Source: Harriotta raleighana (taxonomy: Eukaryota). From it: a stretch of DNA of 64,000 bases. Positions within the stretch are counted from its first letter, which is position 1. Each line of letters begins with the position of its first letter. The notes under the pieces are model-generated. The model was not told where the DNA came from and did not search any database. It was given only the letters and a program-made list of their open reading frames with translations. The stretch covers positions 4,560,753 through 4,624,752 of the forward strand of contig JBNZDD010013678.1 of the NCBI GenBank assembly GCA_050575255.1, given 5' to 3'. Shown piece after piece: positions 39,401 through 54,400 of the stretch. A program made the translations under genes and the position numbers.

Positions 39401-42400
39401 TCTAAGTGAACACAGATACACTTCTGCTATCTCCAATTAACATAAACAGCCTGACATATTTTGCATTGTTTTAGCTCCATAATACGTGGGATGTCAGTAG
39501 GAAATCCATCCAGAGGATTGTAGGACAGGATGACACATAAGCAAACAAAAATTAAAAGGAAAAAGTTTCAAACTGCAGTAGGAAATAATTTTCTATGGGA
39601 AGTAAAATATCTGAAAATGAAGAAATGTCATGAGGATGAAACTTAGAACAGTTTGTGGGCTTTGTACCAGTGATACATGATATTGAGTTACTCTCATCTG
39701 TTTTACATTATATTGATTCCACCACAAGTTTCACAGAAACCATAGACTATCAGGCGCATTCTTCTAGGTAACTGTCACCACTTATTAATTTTTTAGTAAT
39801 ACTGAACTCATATAGAAAATCTGCAACACTGACAAAAAAGGTAACTACTAATAACATTGCACTGACAAACAAATACATGGGAACAATTCCACAATATAGA
39901 AGACATAAAAAGCAGTAATTTGCTGCAGTAGAGGGAGGGAGAAAGCAGGTAAGTGGGCCTGAATGGTTTGCTTGTTCAATAGCCTTCTTCTGTGGTGTAA
40001 ATTTCTATGGTTCTGAACTGTAGAATATATTCTCAATATTCCTTCAATATATCTTTCTGTAAATCTTATAACTCTGAATTTTTTTCAGTTTCTACCACCT
40101 TCCAGATGTATCCATCTACCCTTGTAATGTTAAAGGTTTTAATTAGACATTCACTTTGAAACCCCACTTTTGGCAGTTGTTTCACTCGCTCACCCCCCAC
40201 CCTCCCCACCCACCCAACTCCCAACCAATTAAACATGGCAATGCCCTGAAATTAATGGAGATCCTTGAATACTTTGACTGCTAAAAATATTTAAGGGAAA
40301 TCAGATGCAATTCTTTTACAACTATTTGGATTCATAACAGCAAATATATCAGCGCGGAAGTGTAATCAAAAAAAATCACGTTTACAAATTCTTTCACAAA
40401 ATACTGTAACAAGAGCAAATACTCTTCTGAAACTAAAGAAAGTACAATAAAACAAAAAGACAAATGAGATGATAAATTGGTAAATGGTGACACTTAAATA
40501 TGGGTGATAACAGCAAAACAGGGAGAGTCCAGAAGAAATGATGCAAAATCCCAGAACTTTTCCAGTGGATGTGAGATAAGGAATTTGGGTTGATTAAAAA
40601 AAGGATCTTCTATCTGAATTGATACCTTTCTCTAGAATCATTTCCTCTCTTTCTGAAGGTATGTCGTAATCGGCTTCTTCATCTAAAATCTTCTCGTCAT
40701 CTTCAGGGACTTCTAACACAAAGTTTCAAAGCGTTGTGAAACATGGAGACGATTTTCACGAGAAAAGACACACCAGGAGATGCAAATGTCACAAACATGG
40801 GAAGCACATTAGATGGTTACAAACGTGGTACAAAACTTCAAACGGGAAACCAAGACTCAGTTTAGACACCAACCAAAGCAAAACTCACCAAACAGTGAAA
40901 ACACACACAACACAGAATGTGTGAATGGTGAAGGAAACGGAATGGAAATACAACAAGTTAGTGGATGAAGTCTGTGAAACATTGTGGTAGAAGATTAGTA
41001 ATGAACCTGATTGGATTAACTAGATATGTTATCAACTCTATACCTGGAGTAACATCCTCACCTCCTGGAACTGTGATTGGAACTTTTTGAGGCACGAGTT
41101 TCTTGGCAACTTCAGGCACTTTAAAAAGATGATTAAAATCACCGTGAGCCATGTTCATTTTTTTTTAAAAAGAAAAAACGTGAAATAAAAAGTTATCAAA
41201 ATCAAGAAACACTTCTTTAAAGTGACCTAACAATTGACAATAATTGTTCATTGTTACGTTGTTTTAGATGGTTCTATGCATCGGTAGTGAAATTGAAAAG
41301 AAAATTGGAATTTTCTAAATAATTCTGAGATTAGTGGCAGAAAAGAAAAATCTTGTGAGCCGTATACATAAGGAAAAAACATATTTGAAAGAATTTAGGA
41401 AGGGAAGAATTCTAAGGCTTTTAACTACATATTCGACAACTATATACAGTATTGTTCTTGCTCTTAAATAACATGTTTGTGTATGTAGTTAATTCTAAAC
41501 ATAAGCTTCCCTTAAGACGCAGGTGCTTTTGTTATGCTGTTTTGATCTTGAAATTGTTATTTTTAGCAACAATTTCACAAATGTAGTTCTGCATAAATCT
41601 GTAATTAATATGAATATAAATTTTGCTTATTTTAATGAAGGCAGGAGGAGCAAACCTCAGGTTATTATCGTGTGATTTTCTACACAGTTGAAAAATGTAT
41701 TTTATATAACTACAAAACTGAACAGTTCGCACTTATAATCAAGATAATGCCCGAGACATAAGAGTTTGATAGCATGAAAGTAGGCAGAGCATGGCATAAT
41801 TGGCACTGGTAGAAATGCTAAAGCCAATAAATGAAGTAGCACGTCACCTGTAAGAGAATAAAATGCTTATTGGCAGCCCACAATTGTAGGATGTACACAT
41901 CTATTATGTACCTTTAGGTCGTATGGTTATTTCTTTTTCTTTATATACTTGTGTGTCTTCTTCATTTTCTTCCGGTTCTTCAACATAGGCTTCTGTATAT
42001 TCTTCAACCTCTTCTATCTCTTCATCATATACTTCTGTCTCTTCATCATCATATGGCTCTGCTATTTCATATTCTTCTTTGTACTCTTCCTCTGCTTCTA
42101 TGACCTCATACTCTTCCTTATATTCTTCATAAGCTTCTATAACTTCATAAGTTTCTCTTTCTTCTTCATAAGCAGGTTGATTTGTAACCTCAGCTTCTTC
42201 AACAACAATGTACAGTTTAGAGCAAACAGGAATCACTGTTGTAAAATATTATACACTCACGTACTAGGTATTAACAGAACAAGACACTACTTATTTGACA
42301 TGAAACAAGCCAACACAGTGAAATGACATAAACATAGTCAAGACATAAAAGAAAATATATTCTAATTATACCAACGACTGCATCCAACAACAATTAACAA

Positions 42401-45400
42401 ACACGCCTACTTCTTAATAAAAATGTACTTGAGATAGGGTGGATGATTTTTGATACCTTTCAGAGGCACAACTTGCTTTCTTGCTGTAACAGTGATTGGT
42501 GTCACTTTTTCAGATGTAGGCTTCTTTACATCTTCCGGCACTTTAAGGAATATGATTTCAAATTCAGACCTTACTATCATAATGAATAACGTAACGCATA
42601 CATAAAAAGACAGGACACATAACAGGTAACATTAAAGGACAGGACTCGTATCAGGTAACATTAAAGGACAGAACTCGTAACAGGTAACATTAAAGGGCGT
42701 AAAACACAACAGGTAATATTGAATAGTTGGTTATAGTTTATTGCATTTTGTTGCATTTTATTTCTTTCAAGTGTATTTTACTTTAGATGTGCATTTTTTT
42801 GTTTCATTCAACTTAACCTCTTCAAAACAGGAAATTGGCTATGTGATGATATAAATTTGTGTTAAAAACATTATGTGCTAAAATAATACAGTATCGTGCA
42901 CAGCAGCATACTGCATTAACAAATACTGGTGCATGTCTTTAAGTAAATAATTATTCAAAATCAATTCCTTGTGTTTCCGTGGATGTGCAGAGAAGTTAAT
43001 GAAATACCAACTTTCCAAAAGCACTTCAAACACAATTTGCAATAAGCACAACAGCAACAAATTACATTTGTACAGAGCCTTTCACATCAGGTAAACGTCC
43101 CAAGGCGCTGAATGATCACAAGACAGATCACAATGATCACAAGACAGATGAAACATTCATTTTTTAAGACTAGACGCACCGGTAGAGTAAAAATATTACA
43201 TTAATGTTATTGAAACAAAACAGACAACAACCATTAACCACAAACAAGAAGAATTCTGGTGAAGCAGGGAGTTGCTCTGTGTATTTTGTACCTTTTTTTG
43301 AAATAATTGCTTCTTTTCTTGAAACGCTGATGGGTTGTACCTTCTTGTCAACTTTGGGCACTTCAAAGAATATTATTTTTTAGGACAGATGTACCAAGGA
43401 AGCATTGAGCCATACAAATACAGCGAGACACAATCACACACAACAGACATAGAAACAGCTACTGTCAGTCAAATCTATTTCTTTACACTGTCTGCACTAC
43501 ACAATTGACACACAAACTTTTCCAGATCAATATTAGAAGACTTGAGAAAGGCGAATTGTGGGTCTTACTTGCTAAGTAGCTACTTTAAACAATTATAAAC
43601 TATTCCAAAGATAAAACGCTATCCCTTTCTGTCCAAATATATATAACAAAACAGGGAATTGATTATATTTTAATACATTGGAAATTAATTTGAACAAAAA
43701 TCAAAGTATTTGAAATGTTAAGTGTGTTGTGCTACAAAATGTAAGGTCAAAGGAGCTAAAGGGACTTCTTAATTCAAACAAAACCTGTGAGCTTGTGATG
43801 GCTGTAATACTGCTTCCATTCTTAATCTAAACTTTTCTGTAATAGTGTTCTATTTTCTACAAGATAGATTAAGAGATTAATCTAACGACACTATTCTACC
43901 TCTCTGTTTTCAAGTAAAGTAAATCTATGTATGCTTTTCTTCACGTGAGAAGGTACGGGTATTTTTGAATGAAAACAGTCAACCATAATAACAGAACAGA
44001 CACAATTTCACAACAGGTAAAACAGCTAAGATGTTATGAACACAATCTCCAATCTCCAATGGATTACAAAGAGGAGTTTCAAGAGTTTTCGGAATGATTC
44101 TTTTGAGAAATGTTGATGTGTGTTGCCTTATTGTTTTACCTTTTGGTGCTTCTTCTTTTCTTGGAACAGGTTTAAGTTGTACAGCATCAGGCTTCTTTGG
44201 AACCTCTGGCACTTCAGAGAATATTCTTAGATTAGACTTAAATTACTTCAGGACAGTAATTCCTCTATACTTATTCAACAAAACAACACTCGCATCACAA
44301 CACACCCACAACGTAATTAAACACCAAATGAGGACATTTTGCACAATCAATAAAAAGATATTACGATATTAACCAAATTATTATCAAATGATAACCAAAT
44401 TATCAGGAGAAACATTATATTGTAGATCATTTCCATTGTCTTTATAGATAAAGGGAAATCTTTTGTTTATACCGTATATAGTTTCCAAAATAAATGCTAG
44501 ATGTGTACAAAAGGACCCTCCTTAGATAGAATTATATAATGAGCAGTTCCTGTAGCCACAAAGTACAGAGATAAAATAGAATATTAATACTTCATCCTCA
44601 GCAAGGCATTTTCTTCATATAACATAAATCAATGAAGTATTTCCATGATTAAATTAAAGTGTTCTGGAATTACAAAGGGGGCGCATAACACTGGGTTCAT
44701 TTCTGTACCTTTTTCTGCATCTTTCTTCGGAATAACGATTTCTTTCTTTGGAACAACAGCTGGTTTCACTTTCTCAGCAACCTCCTTCTTGGGAACGGCT
44801 GGCACTTTACACAAACAAAATAACAGCTTCATGATCAATTATCTTTGTTGATGTACACAATATGTTAAGGTAACATGAGCTCCAAACTTTAGCGGAATAT
44901 GACATTTTTTAAATCAAAAGATCAAAATTGTTGGACCATAAACACGGGTTGCAAAACACTTTGCCTTCTCATGAAAATATGATTTTTTTCAAAAAACTTC
45001 CACATGTTTTGTACTCCAGAATTCATTCTTTTCAGAGATAAATTTGCAAATGCATCGATTGAAATCAGCACCCTCTGATCAATAGACGTTTGCAGTGAGA
45101 TAATACACATTCAAGGTCTCAAAATTCACGAGACATTTAACTGGTATTACGCAGTTGCTTTGATATCAGGACCAAAGACAGGACAGAGATTAATGATCCA
45201 TTCAAATAGAACACACAGGCACATGACAATGTCCAAAACAACACAAATGTGAGATACAGTACATAAGAAATACAATGTAAAAATAAGACTGTGTAATCTC
45301 CCTGTGCTTCTGTACCTTTAGCTGGAGCAACCTTGTCTTTTGTTGGCACAGCTTCTGGTTTCACTTCTTCGGGAACTGGCTTCTTGGGAACCTCTGGCAC

Positions 45401-48400
45401 TTTAAAAAACATTATTTGTATTTCAGACCCAAGCCATTCATGAAAACAAAGACAACGTTTAAAATACGTATCCTCTCCCCAACCCAAGAATTCCTCCCCT
45501 CAAAATTATGAACAAATAAAGTCAAATAGACAAATAGACTTGACAATTTTCCAGTTTGACAAAAATGACAAAACATTTTGACTCATTGTGTTGCTTTGAG
45601 GCAGTGATTAGTGGCAATTTTCTGTATTCCTACAATTCCTATAAAATGCACAATAATAATTTTTTTGAAACAAGATTTCATACACGAAATCAATTAATAA
45701 TAATAATAACCTTTGCGTTTGAATAGAGCTCCTTATCACATTGTCAAGGTGTCGCAAAGCTCTTTACAGGATACGCTGTAAAGTTGATTAACCGGGGAGC
45801 GAATCGTGGCAGCCAATTTGCATAAAAATATCCCCAAAACAGTCTTTCAGTGGGTGACCAATTTTATTTTGGGAGATTGTTGGCGAGGACACTGGGAAAA
45901 TCTCTCTTCTCTTTTTGAATTGTGCCATGGGATCTTTAACATACACCAGAACAGACAGATGGGACCTCAGTTTAATGTCTTGCTTGATGGACAGCAACAA
46001 TGCATCACACCCCCCAGAACTGCAGTGGCGTTCTAGGACAGACTATGGTGATTCTAAGCCCCGACGTGAGGCTTCAATCTACAATCTTCTGATTCACAGG
46101 CAAGATTGCCAGACTAACACCCCATTTCTAATCCAAAACAATTGTTCACTGATAAAAGGAAGCAGGGATTTGGGATGACGGAGGTGAGAGTCAGGCTGGT
46201 GGGCCAAATGGCCTTCTCCCATCCTTAAATATTATGAATTGATTTCCACTGTGGCTTTGGCTGCACTTAGATAATGCACACTTCTTAAGAGATTCAACCT
46301 TTCAAGATCTTACTTCATCCGACATTATATTCTTAAGAGGATTTGTTTTTAAAATGACAATAAGAGGAGACACAACACATCACAAGAGAAGAACACATGA
46401 ACAGACAAGGCATTCCACAATAATTGCCCCATAATTGATTGTTAGTGAGCACTAAAAGATGATCATGAAAAGTAGGCAACTTATCATTGTAATGATAAGA
46501 GCAACGCAACATAAGCATGGATGTCTCACAAACCCTTCTGTGGGTTTTTGTACCTTTTGTTGGAGCAACTTCCAATTTTCTTGGAACAATGACGGGTTTT
46601 TCTTCTTCAAGAGCTGGCTTCTTAGGAACCTCTGGCACTTTAAAGAATATTATTGTCTTAAAATTAGATTATTTCTCCACATAACAAATTTGAACAACCG
46701 GAAGACAACAAATTAATAACACTTATTTGCATGTTTACTGTGCTATTACTGGCAACTAACACATTGCCTTACACAAGGGGGTAAGGATCTTTCTGTTAAT
46801 CAATCAGATTTGGTGATATAATTAAAATGAAATAGGATTTACCTTCTTCATAAATTAAGCACACGTTTATTCGCTCAGTTATTTATTAATATTGTTCCAA
46901 ATACAATAAACTAGTTCTCAGTGCATAATAAGTAATATTACTTTTAGTTCCTGTCACTCGAATAATGTTAAGCCTCATTACACCTTGAAAAAATATGTAT
47001 TTTAAAAATTCAATGGGATTTTTATCATGCCAATAATAAACAGCTAATTTTATGACATGTTTGTGATAATACGTGATAGCACAAGTGGTACACACAGATT
47101 TCACACAATTGCTATTATCTGTCTCAGAGAAACAGAGTTGCACATGACAACAAATAAACACAGGGAAAGATAGTGACATGAATGGTAACAATGACAAGAA
47201 GCACCAGAAGATGATTTCTGGCTATGATTGATGAAAAGACTATGAACGTAGAAACTTGCGTTAAATATCATGAAAAGAAAAAAGATGGCACAATACGAGA
47301 TTTATATCAATCCGAGTGTGTAGTTTTGTACCTTTGGCTGGTTCAGCTTCTTTCTTTGGCACAGTAACTGGTTTAGGTTTATCAGGAACTGGTTTCTTAG
47401 CGACTTCTGGTACTTTAAAGAAGATTATTGTCTCAAGATTAGATTATTTCATAAAGGTTCAGGTAACAAATTTGAACAACTGGAAGACAAAGTGACTAGA
47501 CAAACAATAATGACAAGTGAATAACTAGCAATTAACAACAACAACAAAAATACACTTGTATAGCTCATGTTGGGAGCACGTCCCAAGGCAATATTTCAGA
47601 CCCGAGCTGGGGTCGGGATTGGGGAGGGTAGAGGGGATTTGGGGTGACTGATGGGACCATCGAGGAGGAGGGTTTTGAGGTGGAACTTGAAGGAGGCTAG
47701 GGAGGAGGTGAAGTGGAGGGTCTGGGGAATGAAATTCCAAAGGTTGGGGCAGAGTTTCTGAAGGTACGCCTGCAGATGGTGGGGTGGGTGGATCGGGGGA
47801 CATGGAGCAGGTCACAGCCCGCTGAGCTAAGGGAACGGGCAGGTTCGTAGGGAGTTAGGAGGTCACAAAGGTAGGGTGGGTTGAGGCCGTGGAGGACTTT
47901 GAAGGTGAGAACTACAATCTTGAATTGGAGCCAACGGAGTCAGGCGAGAATGGGGGAAATGGTGTCACAGAGCTTGGACCGGTAGAGGACACGGCCGCAG
48001 AATTCTTGATTATCTGCTGTCTATGGAGGGAGGAATTGGGAAGGCTGACAAGCAGGGCATTGGCGTAGTCGAGCCTGGATGTGATGAAGACATAAATGAG
48101 GGTTGCAGCGTGGCCTGAGGGGTGTGGTTGTGGAGGGGTCGGGCAATGAACGCAGAGCTGCACATGACAACAATTCAACACAGGGAAAGATATGACATGA
48201 ATGGGAACAATGACAAGAAGCACCAGAAGATAGATTCTGGCTATGATTGATGCAAAGACTATGAGAAACTTGCATTGAATATCATGAAAAGATAAAGGAT
48301 GGCACAATACGAGATTTATATCAATCCGAGTGTGCAGTTTTGTACCTTTGGCTGGTTCAGCTTCTTTCTTTGGCACAGTAACTAGTTTAGGTTTATCAGG

Positions 48401-51400
48401 AACTGGTTTCTTAGCGACCTCTGGCACTTTAAAGAAGATTATTGGTTCAAGATGAGATACATTCAGGACAATTTAGATTGAAGTCATTTAGACAAACGAA
48501 GGCAATACATAAAAGCACACAATAGACAAAACTAGCACAACATGACATCTATTCTTGAAAAAAATATAATTAAAACTGAAAACCCTTAATGTAATGTAAC
48601 TCCTGATTTAGCAATTAGCAATAGTGGGTACATTTCTGCAACCATTAAATAATGTAATTACTTACTTGTTAATTTTTTCTGTGTCATCTATATCATTTTA
48701 AATTATTGCAAGATCAAATCTCCTTTAAATTAGTCACATGCGACTGTATTTGAAAAGGAATACTTGTTTCTCTCTAAAAAGGCTATCATTGGAAAAGCAC
48801 GAACAATGCACATGGATTGAAACCAAACATAACAGAGGAGCACAATTAGGTGAATGAATATGGAGGAGGAAGCTACATTGAGTAAGTGCCAGAGCTGTGT
48901 AATGGGTAGGACCATTAAGAATGAAATGTTTTCAGCTGGAATGCATGGTAAGTAAAAATATGCCTATGAAATCCTTTTTTCTTTTACCTTTTGCAGCAGT
49001 GGTTTTTCTTGTTAGAGTGACTGGTTTCTCTTCCTCAGCTACCAACTTCTTAGAAGGCACTGGCACTTCAAAGACAGTATTATTTTAAGGTAAGGTTCGT
49101 TCAGTTTTTAGAATATTTCAATATATGAAGATGATATGAAACCTATATATGACCAGCACAAAGTACTATTTCTCAACCTGCACTTGTCAATTGTTGCTGT
49201 TGTGCGGTAATCGGTAAGAATCAAGATATTTCTGCAGTAATCGATTATTTATCACAATATCATTTGCTGTAAATGAATTATTCTCTCACTATTTATACTA
49301 TTAATTTAGTAAATGCAACAATCACATCAGCAAATGATTCCAGTTTTGATTGTTTTGTAATACATTAAGTAACTGCTACAAGTCATATTCAAATTGACAG
49401 TGTGTTGTTATATTAATAATTACTTTTATTAGCCTAGTAGATAAGGCTAGTGGCATTTTAGCACTTATGGTGTATGCAAACTTCAAAGATAATCCGGATG
49501 TCAGAGTAAATGAATGCACAATAATAGACAAATACAGAGACAACAAATAATATTTGGGTAAAAAGAAGCACCATTCAAGAGATTATTTTCACTACAACAG
49601 TAAAAAAGTGGTTCAGTTAAAAAGCTAACAGGAAATCCTGTGTATTTTATACCTTTCACTGAAGAAACTTCCTCTCTGCTTTGAATGATGACTTCTTGAT
49701 ATTCTTCTGCATAAACCTCCTCGTAATACTCCGTCACTTCGAAGAATATTATTTTGTTTAAGATACAATCATTCAAGAAAGTGCAAGCAATTCCGAATGG
49801 TTTCAAAGTAATTAAGACAGAAGAAACATATGAACCCGACACACTTAACAAACACAAAGTGATGTTAGGTCACTTAACAAAGACAATTGGTAACAAAAAG
49901 GGCAATATCTCCATTTTGACAACAAAACAGTAGCAGTTAATAATGGGGATCTTTGAATAAATCAGCCAACATCATTTTGATTTTACCAATTCAATAATAT
50001 ACTGGAGCAGGTGAAAAAAACAGCAACTCCTGATCAGCAACACTCGACTGATTGTGCATGAATAAAGCCTGCGTTGGAATTAGCTTTGACCACATCTGCC
50101 CCTGTGACAATTCTTGCTGTGTGATCTGGACATTCATTGCCAGGCATCACATGTGAAAAATAATTCTACTTCAACAAGATTTCAAATGGGTGTCAATACT
50201 TTTGGAATTGTATCCTTGGACGAATTAATACCTTCAGATGAGGAGGGGGAGGAATGGAAGAAGGAAATTCTCAGATTTCAATTTTGTTCATCAAATTTCT
50301 ATAAATTTCAATAAAGGTTCAGAACTTCAAACTCAAATGATCATTTCAATAAAGCGTGGAAACAATCTTGTTGTAAGATTGCGATGGGCTACTGTTTTGA
50401 TTGTTTCGATGCCACACACTGCCGTAAAACAAGTTATGACACTACAGCGCACATTCAGGGTTCAGTGTGAATGTTATGCTTTGACTTCTGTATAGAGAAG
50501 ACAAATAGCATTTTATTAGCACAATGCATCAGAAACAAGTTTTGATTATTCTGTATGGGCCAAACATGGAAAACAGACATGATTTACAGTAAAATGATGG
50601 GATAAGAATGTAGCATGTGGCAAGAATGTGGCAACTATGTTGAACACATGAAATTCTCTGCAAATTTTGTACCTTGTACTTCAGTGACCTCTTCTTTTCT
50701 TAGCACAGAAACTGGTTTAGGTTCTTCAACAACTGGCTTCTTATGAGGAGCTGGGTGTTTAAAGTGCACGATTTTATAAAGATGAGACTTACTCCAATAA
50801 ACCAGCAATGATGCTTAGAAACAATAAGGTAAGATGAGACACACAAGACAAACAGAACAAGCACACAACAGCATTCCCTGCTGTGTAATACTGATATACA
50901 ATCCATTTGATATTAAAACTACATCATATGAATTATATTGACAGAATCCTTTTGCCAACATAAGACAATTTTTTTTAAAATTCTGTTTAATTTGCAATTT
51001 GCAAATTTAATTTCACAAGTTTTAATAACTGCAAAGATTAAGCTCCTTTCCCATGGAAGCTACAATTATGACAGCACACACAGACCTAAAGTTTAACATA
51101 AAACATTACAGTTTCACAACACAACAAAACATCACAGAAAAGAAGCACTTTAACAAACAGCACCAGAAGCTGTGTCCGGCTCGGAATTACAAGAAAGCAA
51201 TAAAGAGCAGAAGTAGATTTCTCTATAATGCTACAAACATAAATTCTGCAGTAAAACTGAGAGTATAAAGTTCTTCTGTATTTTTTCTATACCTGCAACT
51301 ATGATGACTTCCTCTTTTCTTTGAACAGTAATTGACTTCTTTTCTTCAACAACTGGTTTCTTATGGATCTCTGGCACTTTAAAGAACATTAGCGATTCAA

Positions 51401-54400
51401 GATCAGACTCAATTGTTGAAACGATTTGAAAACCGCATTGGACAACATGAAGTGCACACATGATGAACAAAACTAACACAAAGGTAACAATTGCTTTTAA
51501 GCACACATTCTTCAATCCCAAACAATGACACTGAATGGTGACCTCTCTGCATCAAGATTCATTGTACAGTAAAAGCCCATTTATCCGTGACGCGATGAAC
51601 CGGAACATCCGTTTAACCGGCACCTCAAAAAAGTCCTGATTCGTTAAACCAGAAGTTATCTGGCAGAATAGTGGTGGTGGCATTTAATGAATCGATTGTC
51701 ATATGAGAGTACTGTGCAGGTATGTCAGCTGCTGCTCGGACAGCCTGAAAATCGCGCTGCCGTTTTTTTTTCCTTCAGTAGCGGCTGCCATTGCAGAAGT
51801 TAAGTATGAAACATAAAGTACTAATACAATATTCTGTTATTATAGTATCTGGTTATTACTGTATTTAGTCTATTATTTATATGGTACAGTGTACAATATT
51901 TACAAAAACGTACCTATACAATATTCTGTTATCACAGAATCTGTTATTACTGTATTTGGTCTTATTTATATGGTACAGTATACACATTTATAATAAAGTA
52001 CCCACACAATATTGTTATTATCTGTTATTATTTAGTCTATTATTAATATGGTATGTATTAAAATAATTTTTAATTTTAAAATTATTATTTTTAAAAAAGT
52101 TCATCAGGCACTGGCCAGGTCCCGTGGGTGCCGGATAAATGAGCTTTTACTGTATTAGCATTCTGAGACACAACCAGCACGAAGGGTGCTGAATATATGC
52201 AAACACTTCTCGTTGCATCTTAGTTTAAATTTACCATCTTCACAATTATTCTATTTGTTTGCTTTTCCAACTCAGTTTGATGCAAAACAATCTCGTAAAT
52301 ATTCATCAAGTCAATTCAATTTTGCAACAAGAATTGGGTGCAATCAGATGGCAATGGTCTAACTATAATTAAAGAAGATCAATATCAGGGAGGCTTGATA
52401 TGTAATATTAATGTTTGTGTGAAGTCTTTTTAAAAATGGTTTACCTTTAACTGGAGCGACCTCCTCCTTCCTTGAGACAGGAATTAGTTTAGGTACTTCT
52501 TCAACTGCTTTCAAAGGAACCTTGCCTACTTTAAAGAACATGAACATTTTGAGATGAGATTCACTCAAGAACTTAATTGCCAAGTTACATATTTGAATGA
52601 CAGATCTAGAAAAAAACAAGACTCACAAGAGACTAAACACACTCCTCTCTAATTTGATACAATTTTCTGAAAGTGTATGACTTACTCCCAGGGTAACACA
52701 ATAAACTAAATGAGGCTGAGAAAATATACATACCTTTGAAACTTCTGGAATGTATAGATATACAGAGAAAGTATTTTAGGCAGTGTCACAATATATCAAT
52801 TGNGATATTTGAATGACAGATCTAGAAAAAAACAAAACTCACAAGAGACTAAACACACTCCTCTCTAATTTGATACAATTTTCTGAAAGTGTATGACTTA
52901 CTCCCAGGGTAACACAATAAACTAAATGAGGCTGAGAAAATATACATACCTTTGAAACTTCTGGAATGTATAGATATACAGAGAAAGTATTTTAGGCAGT
53001 GTCACAATATATCAATTGAAAATGTGTTGAAATTTTATTAGAATTATATTAAATGACTATTTTCCACTCATTGAACCTCATGCCAAAGTGATGTTAAATT
53101 CGATGAAACATCGTAAGTTCAGCAAATATCTTGCCTGCACTTNCGTGTTGAAATTATATTAGAATTATATTAAATAACTATTCTCCACTCATTGAACCTC
53201 ATGCCAAAGTGACGTTAAATTCGATGAAACATCGTAAGTTCAGCAAATATCTTGCCTGCACTTTAAAGCAACTATTCTTAATATTAAAATATTAATTATT
53301 ACTATTTCTAGCACAACAAATGACAGAAACACAAACGGAAAACATAAACGCTGACTTTGAAACACCGTAACAGAACAGAACATTGTGGCGATTAATTTTG
53401 CTACAAATAAGAATGAGCAGCAGAGTTTAAGGGATGACTGAGACATGTAGTTTTCATTCTCATGGTGGAAACAGACCCATCAATACACTGAATAAGAATC
53501 AAGGTTTTATACCTTCAGTTGGAGGAATTTCCTTCTTTCTTGCAACAATAACTGGTTTCACTTCTTCAGCCACTGGCTTCTTAGGAACCTCAGGCACTTT
53601 AAAGAATATTATTGTTTAAGAAAAGATCCACTCAAGACAATGAGAACTTTGTAGACAAAAAAAAATGATCCAGACATACATAGCAGTTAAAATTGCCTCA
53701 AGATGACACATTTAGTGAGCAGTTTTAGGAACGAATAACAAGGATTTGGGATGACAGCTGGAATTAATAGGCACCCTTCAACACTGATACAACAAAGGGT
53801 CGTATGAGATGAGATGCAAGAATTATTTGAAATGGTTTAGTGTCACAAATAATAATTATTTACCCACATATCCAAACTTCAAAGCAGGTCAGCTTATAAA
53901 ATTTGGTAAAACATATCATAATGTCCATTGGTTTGGGGTTGAATTCTGCTGATGATTATCTTCTTATTTACAGATTTAGTGAGTTTGGCAGTTAGTAGGT
54001 GAAAATTCAATCTGGGTCTCGGTTTACTCTATTTATGCAGCACTTTAGCATATTCTTAAACATCTCTTCTATTTTGAAACAGTTTTTGTGTAAATTGTTT
54101 TTAGCGCTATAGAAAATCAACTTCAAAGTTAAGACTAAATTCACCAATTTGCCAAATGCTGCACACTTTAAAATGCTTCTTAAATGGAGGAATTCTAAGG
54201 CCAGTTGGGAAAGTTTGGTGTCCTAGAATGTGTTCGAGTTGAATTCTTGGGAAGTCTGTAGTCCTGCTACAATTTCCCCTTGAAAATATAAGATTACTGC
54301 TATTGAATAAAATATGAAAGATACAAACACACAGATATGAACACAAAATGGGACATCACAACACTGCAACAGAACACAACACAAATAAAGATTGACACAC

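Noticed and set aside
50232-50300. PEVK-like donor GAAG|GTATT
   Set aside because: No in-frame acceptor giving a PEVK-like peptide
52734-52747. CAG|AAGTTTCAAAG|GTATGT candidate microexon
   Set aside because: 11 nt would shift the frame, and its second copy belongs to an N-joined duplicate
53200-53270. PPAK-style acceptor TTTAAAG|TG
   Set aside because: Downstream frame is not PEVK-like, reaches a stop and lies in an N-joined duplicate
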